From the NCBI GenBank assembly GCA_963840855.1, contig CAWJBB010000003.1, positions 32,001 through 96,000 of the forward strand: a stretch of 64,000 bases of DNA, written 5' to 3'. The notes beneath the pieces were generated by a model. That model did not search any database and had not been told where the DNA came from. It was given only the letters and a program-made list of their open reading frames with translations. The position numbers and the translations under genes are program-made. The stretch comes from an uncultured delta proteobacterium. GTDB taxonomy: Bacteria > Desulfobacterota > Binatia > UBA9968. The stretch's first letter is position 1. Each line of letters begins with the position of its first letter. Shown here piece by piece: positions 21,445-31,853 of the stretch.

Positions 21445-22237
21445 CTACAATTCGCGGCTCACCGTTGCGCTAGCTCTTTCCGAATACACCGGAGCTCGTC
21501 CGGGTTTCGCAGTCTCCTCATCTAAAAGCTGGCGTCGAATCTCGGCGATTTGCGTTGGCACCGTGGCATCGACGACACCAATCTCAGTTTCTAGACGGCA
21601 GCCGCCCCGGCTGAGTTCAGAATCGGTCACGATCTCAATCACGCGTCCGTCATCGTGTCCCTGCGCCAGCAAGTCGGAGCGCATCTCGGCGAGCAGACCG
21701 TGATCCGCAGGGATTGAGACAGATACGAATGCGGCGCGCGTCGACGACCTCCTGACGCGCTCGCTCCAACACCGAGGCGACGATCTCGGGATCGGCAGCT
21801 ACCGTCCGGTGCACGATTTTCTCGGCGATCTCCACTGCCAAGCGCACGAGCTCCGGCGCGTAGCGCGCGATCATCTGTTCTTCGAAGACGATCAATGCTT
21901 GGCCGGCGTTGGCGAAAGCAACGGCTGAAGGTAGCGCTTCCCGTTTTCCTTCTTCGCGCCCTTCTGCGGCACCTTGTGATCGGGCCTGCTCGCGCAGCAT
22001 TTCAGCCTCTGCCCGAGCGTCATCAATGAGATCCTCCGCCCTTGCGCGCGCCTCTAACAGGAGCAGGTAAGGCACTAGTTTGAGCAGATCGAGAGACTCG
22101 AGATCGATATCGCGGCAGCCTCCGTAGGCGGCGCCCTCTTCCTCCCGAACCGGCACCGGCTCTTGGCCTTCCTGCCGATAGGGAAGCACATCGGCGGGCT
22201 GCAAGCGGTCGCGCGCCAGCAGTTTAGACAAGGACAT
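21445..22237 (-). CDS. fliH: Flagellar assembly protein FliH, +1 frameshift at 21710-21712
   Basis: GxxxG repeats; ICLNP joins ADHGLLAEMRSD..ELSRGGCRLETEIGVVDA if one base of the run is removed. Confidence 0.9.
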
Positions 22238-23255
22238 CCTCCTTGCTCTTACCGCCGCTCAGCACGACCTTGCCTTCGGATTCGAGTCGTCGGGCCAGAT
22301 CGATGACTTCTCGCTGGGCCGCTTCGACATCGCGCAAGCGCACGGGTCCCATTGACTCGATTTCTTCCTTGAGCAGCGCCCCGGCGCGTTCGGACATGTT
22401 GCCGAAAATCTTCTTTTTTAGATTTGGGCTGGCCGTGCGCATGCTCATCACCCACTTGTCCTTTTCAACTTCGCGGATAAGCACCTGCATGCTCTGGTCG
22501 TCGATCTTGCCCAGGTCTTCGAAAGTAAACATGAGTTGGCGAATGCGCTCCGATAGTTCCGGCTCCAACTCGGTCAGGCCGTCCATGACACGCGCTTCGG
22601 TGGCGTTGTCAACGAAGTTTAAAATTTCGGCGATGGGACGAACCCCTCCCACTTGTTTGCCTTGCACCTGGCGGATCTCGTTGCGCAGCACCTTGCTCAC
22701 TTCTTCGATGGCGCCGGGCGACGTACTGCCGAGACGGGTGATGCGAAAAGCCACTTCCGCCTGTTTGTCTTCGGGCATTAGCCCGAAGACTTCGCCGGCG
22801 TGGGCGGGATAGAGATGGGCGAGGATGAAAGCCACAGTTTGCGGATGCTCTTCTTGAAGTAGCTGCGCCATGGTTTTCGCATCCATTTCATGCAACACGT
22901 CGACGCCATAGGTATCGTCACCGCTGTCTTCCTGAAAAATGCGGCTGAGCACTGCGGACGCTTTTTCTGGGCCCATGGCCTTGCCTAAAACCCGCTGCAG
23001 GTAATCGCTGCTGCCTTCGGCGAAGATGTTGGCCTTTTTCAAGTGCCGGCAGGTGTCTTCGAAGACCTCGTCGATGTCCTCAGGCGTGATCTGCGACATG
23101 CGGTGCACGCCCTGGCGCAGCATGATCAACTCTTTCTCTTGCAGTTCGCCGCAAAGCGATGTCGCCAGCTCCTCGCCCACCAAGGCGATGAAAATCGCCG
23201 CCTTTTCCGGACCGCTTAATGTCAACACCGTCCGTTTTCTTGTTTCTTCGGCCAT
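22224..23255 (-). CDS. fliG: Flagellar motor switch protein FliG
   Basis: SGPEKAAIF, EHPQTVAFIL, MFTFEDL, NMSERA, GPVRLRDVEAAQ. Confidence 0.97.
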   Translation of the reverse strand: MAEETRKRTVLTLSGPEKAAIFIALVGEELATSLCGELQEKELIMLRQGVHRMSQITPEDIDEVFEDTCRHLKKANIFAEGSSDYLQRVLGKAMGPEKASAVLSRIFQEDSGDDTYGVDVLHEMDAKTMAQLLQEEHPQTVAFILAHLYPAHAGEVFGLMPEDKQAEVAFRITRLGSTSPGAIEEVSKVLRNEIRQVQGKQVGGVRPIAEILNFVDNATEARVMDGLTELEPELSERIRQLMFTFEDLGKIDDQSMQVLIREVEKDKWVMSMRTASPNLKKKIFGNMSERAGALLKEEIESMGPVRLRDVEAAQREVIDLARRLESEGKVVLSGGKSKEDVLV

Positions 23256-23324
23256 CGGTAGTCCTCCAATGGATGCACTTGGCGCTGCGTACTTACGTTA
23301 ACGTCGCCTTCGGGTGAACTGAGA

Positions 23325-23402
23325 TCGTTCAGGTTCAACGTTGAAGGTTTGCAAATTCGCATTTGCATCCCAAAAATTGGACATTGAACCTTAAACTTTG
23401 AA
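23325..23402. repeat. Inverted short-tandem-repeat element (gttcaa/ttgaac family)
   Basis: gttcaggttcaacgttgaagg ... cattgaaccttaaactttgaaa between fliF and fliG. Confidence 0.65.
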
Positions 23403-23415
23403 ACCGGCGTAGCCC

Positions 23416-25035
23416 CTATCGCTCGTTCGCCGCGGCTTGCGCCCGCGCCTTGTTCACATCTTCCTGCAGCCACATGCGGACGATCCGCGCGGTGGCGTCG
23501 TGATAGTCGCGGGCAATCTGGGTGAGTTGCTCCTTGCGCGGGTCTTCCGAAACCACGACTTTTTGCGCCACCATCGCGACTTCTTCCTGTACCTGTGCGG
23601 TGGTGGCCGTCGTGATGACGGGCCCCGGCGCCGGCTCTTTTTCAGCCACACGCCTCTTTGACCCGCCTCTCATTAGCAGAAAAATCAGCGTGCCCAGAAT
23701 CAGCGCCGCGCCGACGGCCACGCCGATGCCAATCGGGGTCAGGACCATATCCTTTAGATTAGGCGCGACGACGGGCTGCGACGACGGCGCCGCGGGTTGA
23801 ATCTTGAACGGCACGTTGGCCACCTCGATTTCGTCGCCGCGGTCGGCGTCAAATCCTACGGCCCGTTTGACCATGCCTTTGATGACTTCAATCTCTTCCT
23901 TGCTGCGCGGAATGTATTTGTCTTTTTGATAGGTGCCATCGACCAGCACCGCCACGGAAAGCTTTTGCACCTGCCCGCGCGGCTCCATAGTGCGGCTGGT
24001 GGTACGGCCCACTTCGTACGTCACCATTTCGCTGCTCCGCTTTTGGCCCCCTTCCGCCGCGGTTTTGCCAGCCTCGCCGCCGGGGATGTTCGACTGCACA
24101 CCCGGCACACCGCCACCCTTTAGCCCTGTGTCATCCACCGCCTGGCGCTGGCTGCGCACGACCCGGTTCTGCGGGTCAAACTGTTCCTTGGTCATTTGAG
24201 TTTCTTGCGGATTGATCTGCACGTTGGCGCGCACCACGACTTTTCCTGCCCCCAACACCGGGTCGAGCATGGATTCAACGCGCCGTTCCATTTCCTGCTC
24301 GTGCTTGAGTTTGAGCTGATTGAGCTTTTCCGCTTCGCTGCTGGCCGCTACCGAGACGATCTCCTTGAGGGGGCGTCCAGAACTGTCGATAACCGTGACT
24401 TTGTCGGCGCTCAATTTGGGCACGGAGCTGGCAACTAGATTGACGATTCCTTGAACCTGGTCGGGACTCAGATGGTAACCGGGCCTGAGTTCCACGACCA
24501 CCGACGCCGACGGCTTCTCCTCCTGGCCGAAGAAATTCGACCGCGCCGGCAGCGCCAAATGAATACGGCTCGACTGCACCGCCGATAATGAATTGATCGT
24601 TCGCGACAGTTCTCCTTGCAGCGCGCGCAGATAGTTGACCTGTTGGGTGAATTCGCTAACGCCGAAGGCGGTCTTTTCAAAGATCTCGAAACCTACCCCA
24701 CCGCCGGCGGGTACGCCCTTGCCGGCAAGCTTCAAGCGGGTCGAATAGAGAACCCCGCGTGGCACTTCGATTGCCGTACCGCCGCCGGAAACAACGTAAG
24801 GGATCTTCGCCGCCTCCAGTTCCTTGACGATAGCCGCCCCGTCCTGAGGCGATAGATTGGCATAAAGAGGTCCGTAATTGATCCGATCGTAGGTGTGGTA
24901 GGCGGCGTAGGCGATGCTCAATATGAGCGGCAGGCCGATGAACAGGAGCCGCTTTTGCCGGGGTGAAAGAAAGTCAAAGAGACGCGCGAGCATCTCCTTG
25001 AGGTCGTTTAAAAAATTGCTTAGTTGTTCAGGCAC
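23416..25035 (-). CDS. fliF: Flagellar M-ring protein FliF
   Basis: GVGFEIFE, YLRALQGELSRTI, KPSASV, GGVPGVQSN, LSVAVLVD, AVGFDADRGD; two TM segments. Confidence 0.97.
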   Translation of the reverse strand: MPEQLSNFLNDLKEMLARLFDFLSPRQKRLLFIGLPLILSIAYAAYHTYDRINYGPLYANLSPQDGAAIVKELEAAKIPYVVSGGGTAIEVPRGVLYSTRLKLAGKGVPAGGGVGFEIFEKTAFGVSEFTQQVNYLRALQGELSRTINSLSAVQSSRIHLALPARSNFFGQEEKPSASVVVELRPGYHLSPDQVQGIVNLVASSVPKLSADKVTVIDSSGRPLKEIVSVAASSEAEKLNQLKLKHEQEMERRVESMLDPVLGAGKVVVRANVQINPQETQMTKEQFDPQNRVVRSQRQAVDDTGLKGGGVPGVQSNIPGGEAGKTAAEGGQKRSSEMVTYEVGRTTSRTMEPRGQVQKLSVAVLVDGTYQKDKYIPRSKEEIEVIKGMVKRAVGFDADRGDEIEVANVPFKIQPAAPSSQPVVAPNLKDMVLTPIGIGVAVGAALILGTLIFLLMRGGSKRRVAEKEPAPGPVITTATTAQVQEEVAMVAQKVVVSEDPRKEQLTQIARDYHDATARIVRMWLQEDVNKARAQAAANER

Positions 25036-25099
25036 GGTTCAATTTTCAATGAGCAAGAGTTGGGGTTGCTAAACAGGTAAAAACGCGTTTTCGCCGGCA

Positions 25100-25399
25100 C
25101 TATACCTGCATTCGCATGATCTCCTGATACGCTTCCAATACTTTGTTGCGAATCTGCATCATCAGACGAAACGAGACATCGGCCTTTTCCAGCGCCACCA
25201 TTGTTTCTTGCAGATCGCCCTTCCCTTCGCCCACCAACTGTTGAATTGCTTGATCGGCTTTTTGCTGCAGCTCATTGACTTCCCCGAGGGCCTTATTCAG
25301 ATGGGCGCCAAAATCTCCCTTGGCGTTATCCTGCGTCGGCTTGGCCTCCGTCAGCGGGTTTTTCGTGGAGAGCAGATCGACCCCTTTAATCGTATTCAT
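25100..25399 (-). CDS. fliE: Flagellar hook-basal body protein FliE
   Basis: MVALEKADVSF..QIRNKVLEAYQEIMRMQV. Confidence 0.97.
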   Translation of the reverse strand: MNTIKGVDLLSTKNPLTEAKPTQDNAKGDFGAHLNKALGEVNELQQKADQAIQQLVGEGKGDLQETMVALEKADVSFRLMMQIRNKVLEAYQEIMRMQV

Positions 25400-25432
25400 G
25401 CTATGCAGTTCTCCCTCACCGTAAAACTTGAG

Positions 25433-25885
25433 TTACGGATTGCGGCCAATTTCCAGCAGTCTTCTGACCAGCCCCTTGGTGGTGTTGTAGGCGGTTAAAT
25501 TGGCTTCATAGCTGCGCACTGCCGACATCAGATCGACCATTTCCTCAATGACGTTGATATCCGGCAAAGAGACGTAGCCCTCGGTGTTGGCGTCCGGATG
25601 TTTGGGATCGAAAATCTGCCGCGGCGGGCGGCTCGACTGGCGAATGCCCGCTACTTGCACCGATAAGAGCCCCTCGGGATTGTCGAAAAAATTCTCGGAT
25701 AAAAGATCGGCGAACTCACCGTTGGCCGGCACCGCCTGAAAAATAATATCGCGGCGGCGGTAAGGCCCGCCCTCCGGCGTGCGCGTGGTTTCGGTGTTGG
25801 CCAGGTTGCCCGTGATCACGCTCATGCGGTCTCGCTGCGCCGCCATGCCGGCGCCGCTTATGGCAAACATCTTGAATAGGTTCAT
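25433..25885 (-). CDS. flgC: Flagellar rod protein FlgC
   Basis: NLANTETTRTPEGGPYRRR, DPKHPDAN..GYV..P, EMVDLMSAVRSYEAN. Confidence 0.97.
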   Translation of the reverse strand: MNLFKMFAISGAGMAAQRDRMSVITGNLANTETTRTPEGGPYRRRDIIFQAVPANGEFADLLSENFFDNPEGLLSVQVAGIRQSSRPPRQIFDPKHPDANTEGYVSLPDINVIEEMVDLMSAVRSYEANLTAYNTTKGLVRRLLEIGRNP

Positions 25886-25890
25886 TCCGT

Positions 25891-26316
25891 TTAACTCCTT
25901 CCGTCACTGATGACATAGCGCAGCTTCGCCAGCGTGCGCGAAAACAACGTCAAGTTTGCTTCGTAAGACAGCGCGTTCTCGTTGAGCAGCGCAATCTGGC
26001 GGTCCAGGCTCACCCGGTTGCCGTCCAAACGCTCTTCGCCGTGGCGTTGGCCGCCGCTCGACGGCTCATAGACCGCCGCCTCAAACCCCAGCGTGCCCGA
26101 AAGCATTTCATCCATTTGCCGCTCCCGTGAGACCGGACGATCATCGAGCTCCATAGCAGTCTGAATAACCGATTCAAAATCGAGGTCCTTCGGGCGAAAA
26201 CCGGGGGTGTCCGCGTTGGCGATATTGGCGCTCAACACTTCATGGCGCGCTCCGCGCACGCGCATCGACAGCTCGAGCAACTGGTGAGTGAAATCAAAAA
26301 GCCTTAAGGTAGCCAT
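25891..26316 (-). CDS. flgB: Flagellar rod protein FlgB
   Basis: SANIANADTPGFRPKDLDF, DGNRVSLD. Confidence 0.96.
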   Translation of the reverse strand: MATLRLFDFTHQLLELSMRVRGARHEVLSANIANADTPGFRPKDLDFESVIQTAMELDDRPVSRERQMDEMLSGTLGFEAAVYEPSSGGQRHGEERLDGNRVSLDRQIALLNENALSYEANLTLFSRTLAKLRYVISDGRS

Positions 26317-27684
26317 CTAGAGTTCCCTCGGATATTCTTTCTCGCGGTATTGCTTGAGCTTGTTGCGCAGCGTGCGCACGCTGATCCCTAGCATCTTGGC
26401 CGCCCGCGTGCGGTTGTCGTGTACCTGGTTGAGGGTCTTGAAAATCAGCTGCTCTTCCATTTCACGCACCGACACGGTGGCGTCTGGCGCCGCCATGCGG
26501 GGCGCATCACTCTGGGCTTGCGCAGCGACGGCCACCGGCACGGGACATAGATCCTCTTCCATTCCCATCATTTCTTCGAGCCACAAGTGGGCCGGCTCAA
26601 TCACACCCCCATCGGCGACGATGGCGGCACGCTCTAGGACATTGAACAGCTCGCGCACGTTGCCGCGCCAGGAATTATTCTTGAGATGGCTGACCGCCTC
26701 CGCCGTGAGCTGCGCCCGATGATAACCCTGTCTGACGAAGAACGAGCGCGCCAGCGTCGTGATATCATCGATGCGCTCGCGCAACGGAAAGAGCCTCACC
26801 GGCACAACATTTAAGCGGTAAAACAAATCCTCGCGGAACGTCCCGGCGCGGATCATGTCGCGCAGGTCGCAGTTGGTGGTCGAAAGAACCCGGATGTCGA
26901 TGGGCAGTGGTTTCTTTCCGCCGAGCCGGTCCACTTCCCGTTCCTGCAAGACGCGCAAGAGCTTGGCCTGAAGCGCCAATGGCATCTCGCTGATTTCGTC
27001 GAGCAGTATAGTACCGGTGTGGGCCAGCTCGAACTTGCCGGGTTTGTTGCCGATGGCGCCGGTGAAGGCGCCGCGTTCATGGCCGAATAATTCTGATTCC
27101 AAAAGACCTTCGGGCAAGGCGGCGCAGTTTACCGCCACAAATGGGCCAGCGCCGCGCCGGCTGTTTGCATGAATGTAGCGCGCCAGAAGCTCTTTGCCCG
27201 TGCCGCTCTCGCCCTGAATCAAGATCGAGGCGTGGGACTTGGCGACCTGCCGGACGAATTCCAGCAGAGCAAGCATGCGCGGGTGGGCGGTGATGATATC
27301 GCCATTTTGCTCCCCCGCCGCTACCTCCCGGCTTGCCCGTGACAGCCCCCCCTCCACCAGAGGAATCAGCTCGCGATAAGAAAACGGCTTGACGACGAAA
27401 TCGTAGGCGCCGATCTTCATCGCCTCCACGGCCTCGGGCACGGTGGCGAAACCGCTGATCATGATGAAAGGAATATTGGGAAAGCGTTTTAACAGCTCCA
27501 GGCCGCCGAGCACCGGCATGCGCACGTCGCTGATCACCAGATCGGCGCCCGACTGGCGCAGATGGCGTTCCGCTTCTTCGCCGTTGGCAAAGAGCGCCGC
27601 GTCAAATCCAGCGCTGCGCATCGCTTCGCCGAGGGCCGAGCGCATCGTCGGATCGTCATCAGCGATAACAATTCGGTTGTGCAT
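26317..27684 (-). CDS. fleR: Sigma54-dependent response regulator, FleR/FlrC-like
   Basis: REC (ISDVRMP), AAA+ ([14 protein letters not shown]) and HTH (LGISVRTLRNKL). Start at ATG 27684; the stop abuts the flgB start. Confidence 0.88.
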   Translation of the reverse strand: MHNRIVIADDDPTMRSALGEAMRSAGFDAALFANGEEAERHLRQSGADLVISDVRMPVLGGLELLKRFPNIPFIMISGFATVPEAVEAMKIGAYDFVVKPFSYRELIPLVEGGLSRASREVAAGEQNGDIITAHPRMLALLEFVRQVAKSHASILIQGESGTGKELLARYIHANSRRGAGPFVAVNCAALPEGLLESELFGHERGAFTGAIGNKPGKFELAHTGTILLDEISEMPLALQAKLLRVLQEREVDRLGGKKPLPIDIRVLSTTNCDLRDMIRAGTFREDLFYRLNVVPVRLFPLRERIDDITTLARSFFVRQGYHRAQLTAEAVSHLKNNSWRGNVRELFNVLERAAIVADGGVIEPAHLWLEEMMGMEEDLCPVPVAVAAQAQSDAPRMAAPDATVSVREMEEQLIFKTLNQVHDNRTRAAKMLGISVRTLRNKLKQYREKEYPREL

Positions 27685-27688
27685 GGAC

Positions 27689-28918
27689 TTAGATCTCCTC
27701 CGCCGCCGGCAAGAACACGGAGAACTGCGTTCCCCGGCCAGGGCTAGACGTGATTTTAATGGAGCCGCGATGGGCGCTGATGATTTTGTGCGTGAAGGCC
27801 AGGCCGAGGCCCGTGCCTTGCGTTTTAGTAGTAAAAAACGGGTCGAAGATGCGCTCGCGGTTTTCCGGCGAAATGCCGGCGCCCTCGTCGCTAACTGTGA
27901 TTTCAATGGCCTTATGAATATGGCCGTTCATTGCCGAGAACGGCGACAGTTGCGCGCGAACATCGACCGCGCCGCCCTCGGGCATGGCTTCCTTGGCGTT
28001 GACGATCAGATTGAGCAGCGCCTGCGCCAGCAGGCCGCGGTCGCCCCAGAGCGGCGCGAGTACGGTTTCGCAGTCAAAGGCAACCGACCAACGCGAGTCG
28101 TTAAAATAGGGCCGGCAATCCTCTTGCAAATCGTTCAACAGAGACTCGACCTGTAATACATCGCCGCTCATGGTTGGTTCGGCAGCGAAGGACAAGAGAT
28201 GGGAAAGGGTGGTGTATAAGCGCTGCACCGCGCTGAGGATTTCCCCCGCTAAACGCTGGGGATCGCCAGCAGATTTTTCTTTGAGCAGTGAGGCGTATAA
28301 CTCGATGCCGCCGAGGGGGCTGCGCACCTGGTGTGCGATCTCGGATGCCATGATGCCGAGGGAAGCCAAACGACGCGTGCGCGCCGCTTCCGCCTCCAGC
28401 CGTTTGAGCGTCGTGATATCCTGAAACACCAGCACATATTCGCTGGACCGTCGTCCGGTGGCGACTTCCGAAAGCACGAAGTGCACCGGCGTCATCATGC
28501 CGCCGGGCCCTTGCGCCACTTTCTCACATTCCAAAGGCAAAAAACTCTTGTCACCACGCTGCAAACTGGAGGCGAGTTTTTCGCCCAGCAATTGCCGCGC
28601 CCGATCGCCGTCGACATGGCCGAGCAATTCGCTGACGCGACGGTTGAGGAAGGTCGGTTGGAGATGGCGATCAAGGACCAAGACACCGGCTTTGAGACTC
28701 TCCAGCACCGATAGCAGATAGGCGCGCGCTTCCTCGCGTTCGCGCAGGCTCGACTTCAACTCTCGATGCTTGGCCTCGAGCTGACCTTTCAGGTAAGCTG
28801 CGCGCTCGTCGAGACGGCGGTATTCCTCGATCAGCTCGACGCTGCTCTGATTGAACCAGCCGATGAGACTCGTTAGGGCTTGGACATTCTCTTGCGGCTG
28901 GCTGAGCGGAACCAACAT
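27689..28918 (-). CDS. fleS: Cytoplasmic sensor kinase, FleS/FlrB-like
   Basis: FNQSSVELIEEYRRL N-terminus, IAHQVRSPLGGIELYAS H-box, FFTTK..GTGLGLA. Confidence 0.85.
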   Translation of the reverse strand: MLVPLSQPQENVQALTSLIGWFNQSSVELIEEYRRLDERAAYLKGQLEAKHRELKSSLREREEARAYLLSVLESLKAGVLVLDRHLQPTFLNRRVSELLGHVDGDRARQLLGEKLASSLQRGDKSFLPLECEKVAQGPGGMMTPVHFVLSEVATGRRSSEYVLVFQDITTLKRLEAEAARTRRLASLGIMASEIAHQVRSPLGGIELYASLLKEKSAGDPQRLAGEILSAVQRLYTTLSHLLSFAAEPTMSGDVLQVESLLNDLQEDCRPYFNDSRWSVAFDCETVLAPLWGDRGLLAQALLNLIVNAKEAMPEGGAVDVRAQLSPFSAMNGHIHKAIEITVSDEGAGISPENRERIFDPFFTTKTQGTGLGLAFTHKIISAHRGSIKITSSPGRGTQFSVFLPAAEEI

Positions 28919-28962
28919 TTCTTGCCTCCTCGTTCTCCTAGAAAAAATCTATCAGAATGAGG

Positions 28963-28978
28963 AGCAATGGCCGTGCCA
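28963..28978 (-). promoter_or_regulatory. Sigma54 promoter for fleS-fleR-flgBC-fliE-J
   Basis: TGGCACGGCCATTGCT matches the TGGCAC-N5-TTGCW consensus exactly. Confidence 0.88.
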
Positions 28979-28995
28979 GCCGTCGGCGAGCCCGG

Positions 28996-30147
28996 CTAGA
29001 CCGTCACGGTCTCGAATTTGCCGGCGCGCGGGAGTGAAAATGGGTTCGAACTCCAATAACCGGTCTCGGCTTCCGTTCCCGGATGGCGGCCTTCCGTCAC
29101 ATTGACGACGCCACCGTTCGGGTTTTGGCGGGCGGAAGTCAGCAAACCTTTTTTGCGCAGACGTTCGATGAACGTGGTGCGGTTAAGATTGAGCATGTTC
29201 GCGGCGAGTGTCTTGTTGCCGCGCGCCCGTTCCAGCGCCTGGCAGATGAAACCGTTCTCGATCTTCTCGAGATAGTGGTCCAGGTCCATGCCGCTGACGG
29301 GCAGCGCCGCGCCGGCGGATTGATTCGATGAACCGTTTTGAATGACGTAGTCGGGAAGCTCATTGACGCGAATGACGCCGTCTTCGTTGAGCACGATCAG
29401 GCGTTCCACGAGATTCTCCACTTCACGGACGTTGCCGGGCCAGCGGTACTTTTCGAGCACCATCATCGCTTCAGGCTCCACCTGCGCCACTCGTTTACCT
29501 TTGCGTAGGCCGTGCAGAGCCAAGAAGTGTTTAACAAGCAGCGTGATATCCCCCTCGCGTTCGCGCAGCGCAGACAGATGCACGGGTAAGACATTCAAGC
29601 GATAGAAGAGATCTTCGCGAAACTTGCCTTCACGCACCGCGACATGCAAATCGCGGTTGGTGGCGGCCACCACGCGCACATCCACCTGCACCCCGCGGTC
29701 ACTGCCCACCGGTTCAAACTGGCGCTCTTGCAAAACACGCAGCAGCTTGACTTGCAGCTTCGGGCTCATCTCGCCGATCTCATCGAGAAACAAGGTGCCG
29801 CCGTTGGCGAGTTGAAAGCGCCCCTGACGCGAGTTCACCGCGCCCGTGAAAGCGCCGCGTACATGGCCGAAAAGCTCGCTCTCCAACAATTCCTCCGGAA
29901 TCGCGCCGCAATTGACCGGCACGAAGGGCTGATCGCGGCGCGGACTCAACTCGTGAATCGCGCGCGCTGCTAACTCTTTGCCCGTGCCGCTCTCGCCGGT
30001 AATGAGGATCGTCGAATTGCTGTCGGCCACCTTGTTAATCAGTGAGTGGATTTGGCGCATCTTGGGGCTGTTTCCCACAAGTGGGTTCATCGCCGATGAT
30101 GCTTCGGCGGACTCTTCCGTGAGGCGTGGTGAGGCTTGCAACTCCAT
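28996..30147 (-). CDS. fleQ: FleQ/FlrA-like sigma54 activator lacking the N-terminal regulatory domain
   Basis: AAA+ (VNCGAIP, GAFTGA) plus FleQ-like C-terminus ([23 protein letters not shown]). RBS AAAGGAG before ATG 30147; upstream of fleSR. Confidence 0.8.
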   Translation of the reverse strand: MELQASPRLTEESAEASSAMNPLVGNSPKMRQIHSLINKVADSNSTILITGESGTGKELAARAIHELSPRRDQPFVPVNCGAIPEELLESELFGHVRGAFTGAVNSRQGRFQLANGGTLFLDEIGEMSPKLQVKLLRVLQERQFEPVGSDRGVQVDVRVVAATNRDLHVAVREGKFREDLFYRLNVLPVHLSALREREGDITLLVKHFLALHGLRKGKRVAQVEPEAMMVLEKYRWPGNVREVENLVERLIVLNEDGVIRVNELPDYVIQNGSSNQSAGAALPVSGMDLDHYLEKIENGFICQALERARGNKTLAANMLNLNRTTFIERLRKKGLLTSARQNPNGGVVNVTEGRHPGTEAETGYWSSNPFSLPRAGKFETVTV

Positions 30148-30200
30148 AGGGTCTCCTTTGTTGATTGGGCATTCCAAATAACTGACCGTTTGCCCTTTTT

Positions 30201-30216
30201 AGCACACTCCATGCCA
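30201..30216 (-). promoter_or_regulatory. Sigma54-like promoter upstream of the fleQ-like gene
   Basis: TGGCATGGAGTGTGCT (GG-N10-GC). Confidence 0.6.
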
Positions 30217-30442
30217 CTATTTTCCAAGTCCGTTAAATCGCCCTTAACCTACCGGCAAATAAAGTATTTCTTGGCACGAAGGTCGCGGGTGGAAATTCTT
30301 TCCCAGTGGCAAACAATTAACGCCGGTGACCTCGACGTTAAAAGATTGCCGCTGGCGGAAGCTCGGGAGTGATCGAGCGTTGGGAAATGGAGTCGCGGAG
30401 TGATGAAGGGATATCGCGGCTAACTGACCTTCTTTAACGACT

Positions 30443-30522
30443 CGTTCAAGTTCAAATCGTTCAAGCCGTTCAAAACGTTTCCGGATCCGTTGGACGACTT
30501 GAACGATTGGAACGGTTTGAAC
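30443..30522. repeat. Inverted 9-mer tandem-repeat hairpin (cgttcaa/ttgaacg family)
   Basis: cgttcaag..cgttcaag ccgttcaaaa ... ttgaacgattggaacggtttgaac. Confidence 0.8.
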
Positions 30523-30533
30523 TAGCCGGAGGT

Positions 30534-31853
30534 TTATTCGCCGATCTTATTTTGATTGCCAACGACGACGGTGATGAATTTTTCCGGCTGGAGATATCGT
30601 TTGGCGACTCTTAACACATCTTCGCGCGTCACTTTGCCGATGAAATCGCCGTAGCGGTCCGGATAGTCCAAGCCGAGCTGAAAAAATTCCACCTGCGCGA
30701 GAAAATTGGCGACCTTGCGGTTGGTGTCCAGACGCAGCGGAAAGCTCCCGGTGAGGTAGTCTTTGGCGTCGTTCAACTCTTGCTCGCTCACCAGCTCGCG
30801 CCGGATGCGTTCGATTTCTTCACGAGCGATGCGCATCGCTTCGCGCGCGCTATCGTTCTTTGTCTGCATCACGAACTGGAAAGTCCCATGGCTCTTGTCA
30901 GCATTGAAATACGTATACACGGAATACGCCAGGCCGCGTTCATTGCGGATCGAATCCACGACCCGCGACGAAAATCCGCCGCCGCCCAGAATATTATTCA
31001 TGACCTGAATGGCGTAGTAATCTGGGTTGCCGCGGGTTACGCCCTCATGTCCCATGATGATGTTGGCCTGGGTAAGTTCCTTGCTGACGCGAATCGACGT
31101 CGGCGCACCGGTAGCCGAGGGCACCAGCGGCTTGCCACCAGGCTCGCCTTTTTTCCACGAACTGAACGCTTGGTTAAGCGCCTCGGCGATTTCCTCGGCG
31201 GTGACGTCGCCGACCACCGCCATGATGGTCCGGTTGGGCCGATAATAACGCTCATAAAACTCTCTGAGGCTCTTTTGTGAAATGGCTCTGACCGAGGACT
31301 CCATGCCTTCGACGGGACGGCCATAGGGACTGTTAGGAAATAGCGCCGCTGCAAATCTGCGCTCGGCTATATCACCCGGTTCTTCTTCGCGCGCCTTGAG
31401 GGACGCCACGATCGACTGCTTTTGGCGCTCGATCTCCTCTTGCGGGAACGTGGACTGCGTCAGCACTTCCGCCAGCAGCGCCAAGCCAGTGGGTAGATCT
31501 TTCTTGAGTATCGTCATGCTGACGCTCGCGAGATTTTCGCTGCAGCCGGTTGACAGGCTGGCGCCGATGAAATCAAGAGCGTCGCTGATCTGCAACGCCG
31601 AGCGCCGTTTGGTGCCATAGGTCAGGAGCCGCGCCACAAGATTGGCGAGACCCTCCTGTCCGCCGCCGTCATAGCGCGCGCCCGCGTCGATCAAGAGCTC
31701 GATGGAAATCATCGGCAACGCCCGCTGTTCCGAAGTCAGCAGGACGACACCGTTATCAAGCTCCGTCCGTTTCGGCGTAAGCTCCGCCGACGCAGGCACC
31801 GCCGCCATCAGTATGGCGAGAGCAAATAACAAGCCCGGAAGAGTCTTTTTCAT
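30534..31853 (-). CDS. M16 family peptidase, non-catalytic partner subunit
   Basis: Signal peptide; HXXEH replaced by GLANLVARL; GGGGFSSR..IRNERGLAYSV. Confidence 0.9.
   Translation of the reverse strand: MKKTLPGLLFALAILMAAVPASAELTPKRTELDNGVVLLTSEQRALPMISIELLIDAGARYDGGGQEGLANLVARLLTYGTKRRSALQISDALDFIGASLSTGCSENLASVSMTILKKDLPTGLALLAEVLTQSTFPQEEIERQKQSIVASLKAREEEPGDIAERRFAAALFPNSPYGRPVEGMESSVRAISQKSLREFYERYYRPNRTIMAVVGDVTAEEIAEALNQAFSSWKKGEPGGKPLVPSATGAPTSIRVSKELTQANIIMGHEGVTRGNPDYYAIQVMNNILGGGGFSSRVVDSIRNERGLAYSVYTYFNADKSHGTFQFVMQTKNDSAREAMRIAREEIERIRRELVSEQELNDAKDYLTGSFPLRLDTNRKVANFLAQVEFFQLGLDYPDRYGDFIGKVTREDVLRVAKRYLQPEKFITVVVGNQNKIGE

Noticed and set aside
20028-25035. Injectisome-type T3SS
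   Set aside because: FliG, FlgB/C/D/E and FliE identify it as flagellar.
27685-27906. N-terminal extension of FleR in the ORF track
   Set aside because: It overlaps the fleS 3' end; the receiver domain begins at ATG 27684. Similar over-extensions were trimmed for psd, the pgsA-like gene, ilvC and the DGC.
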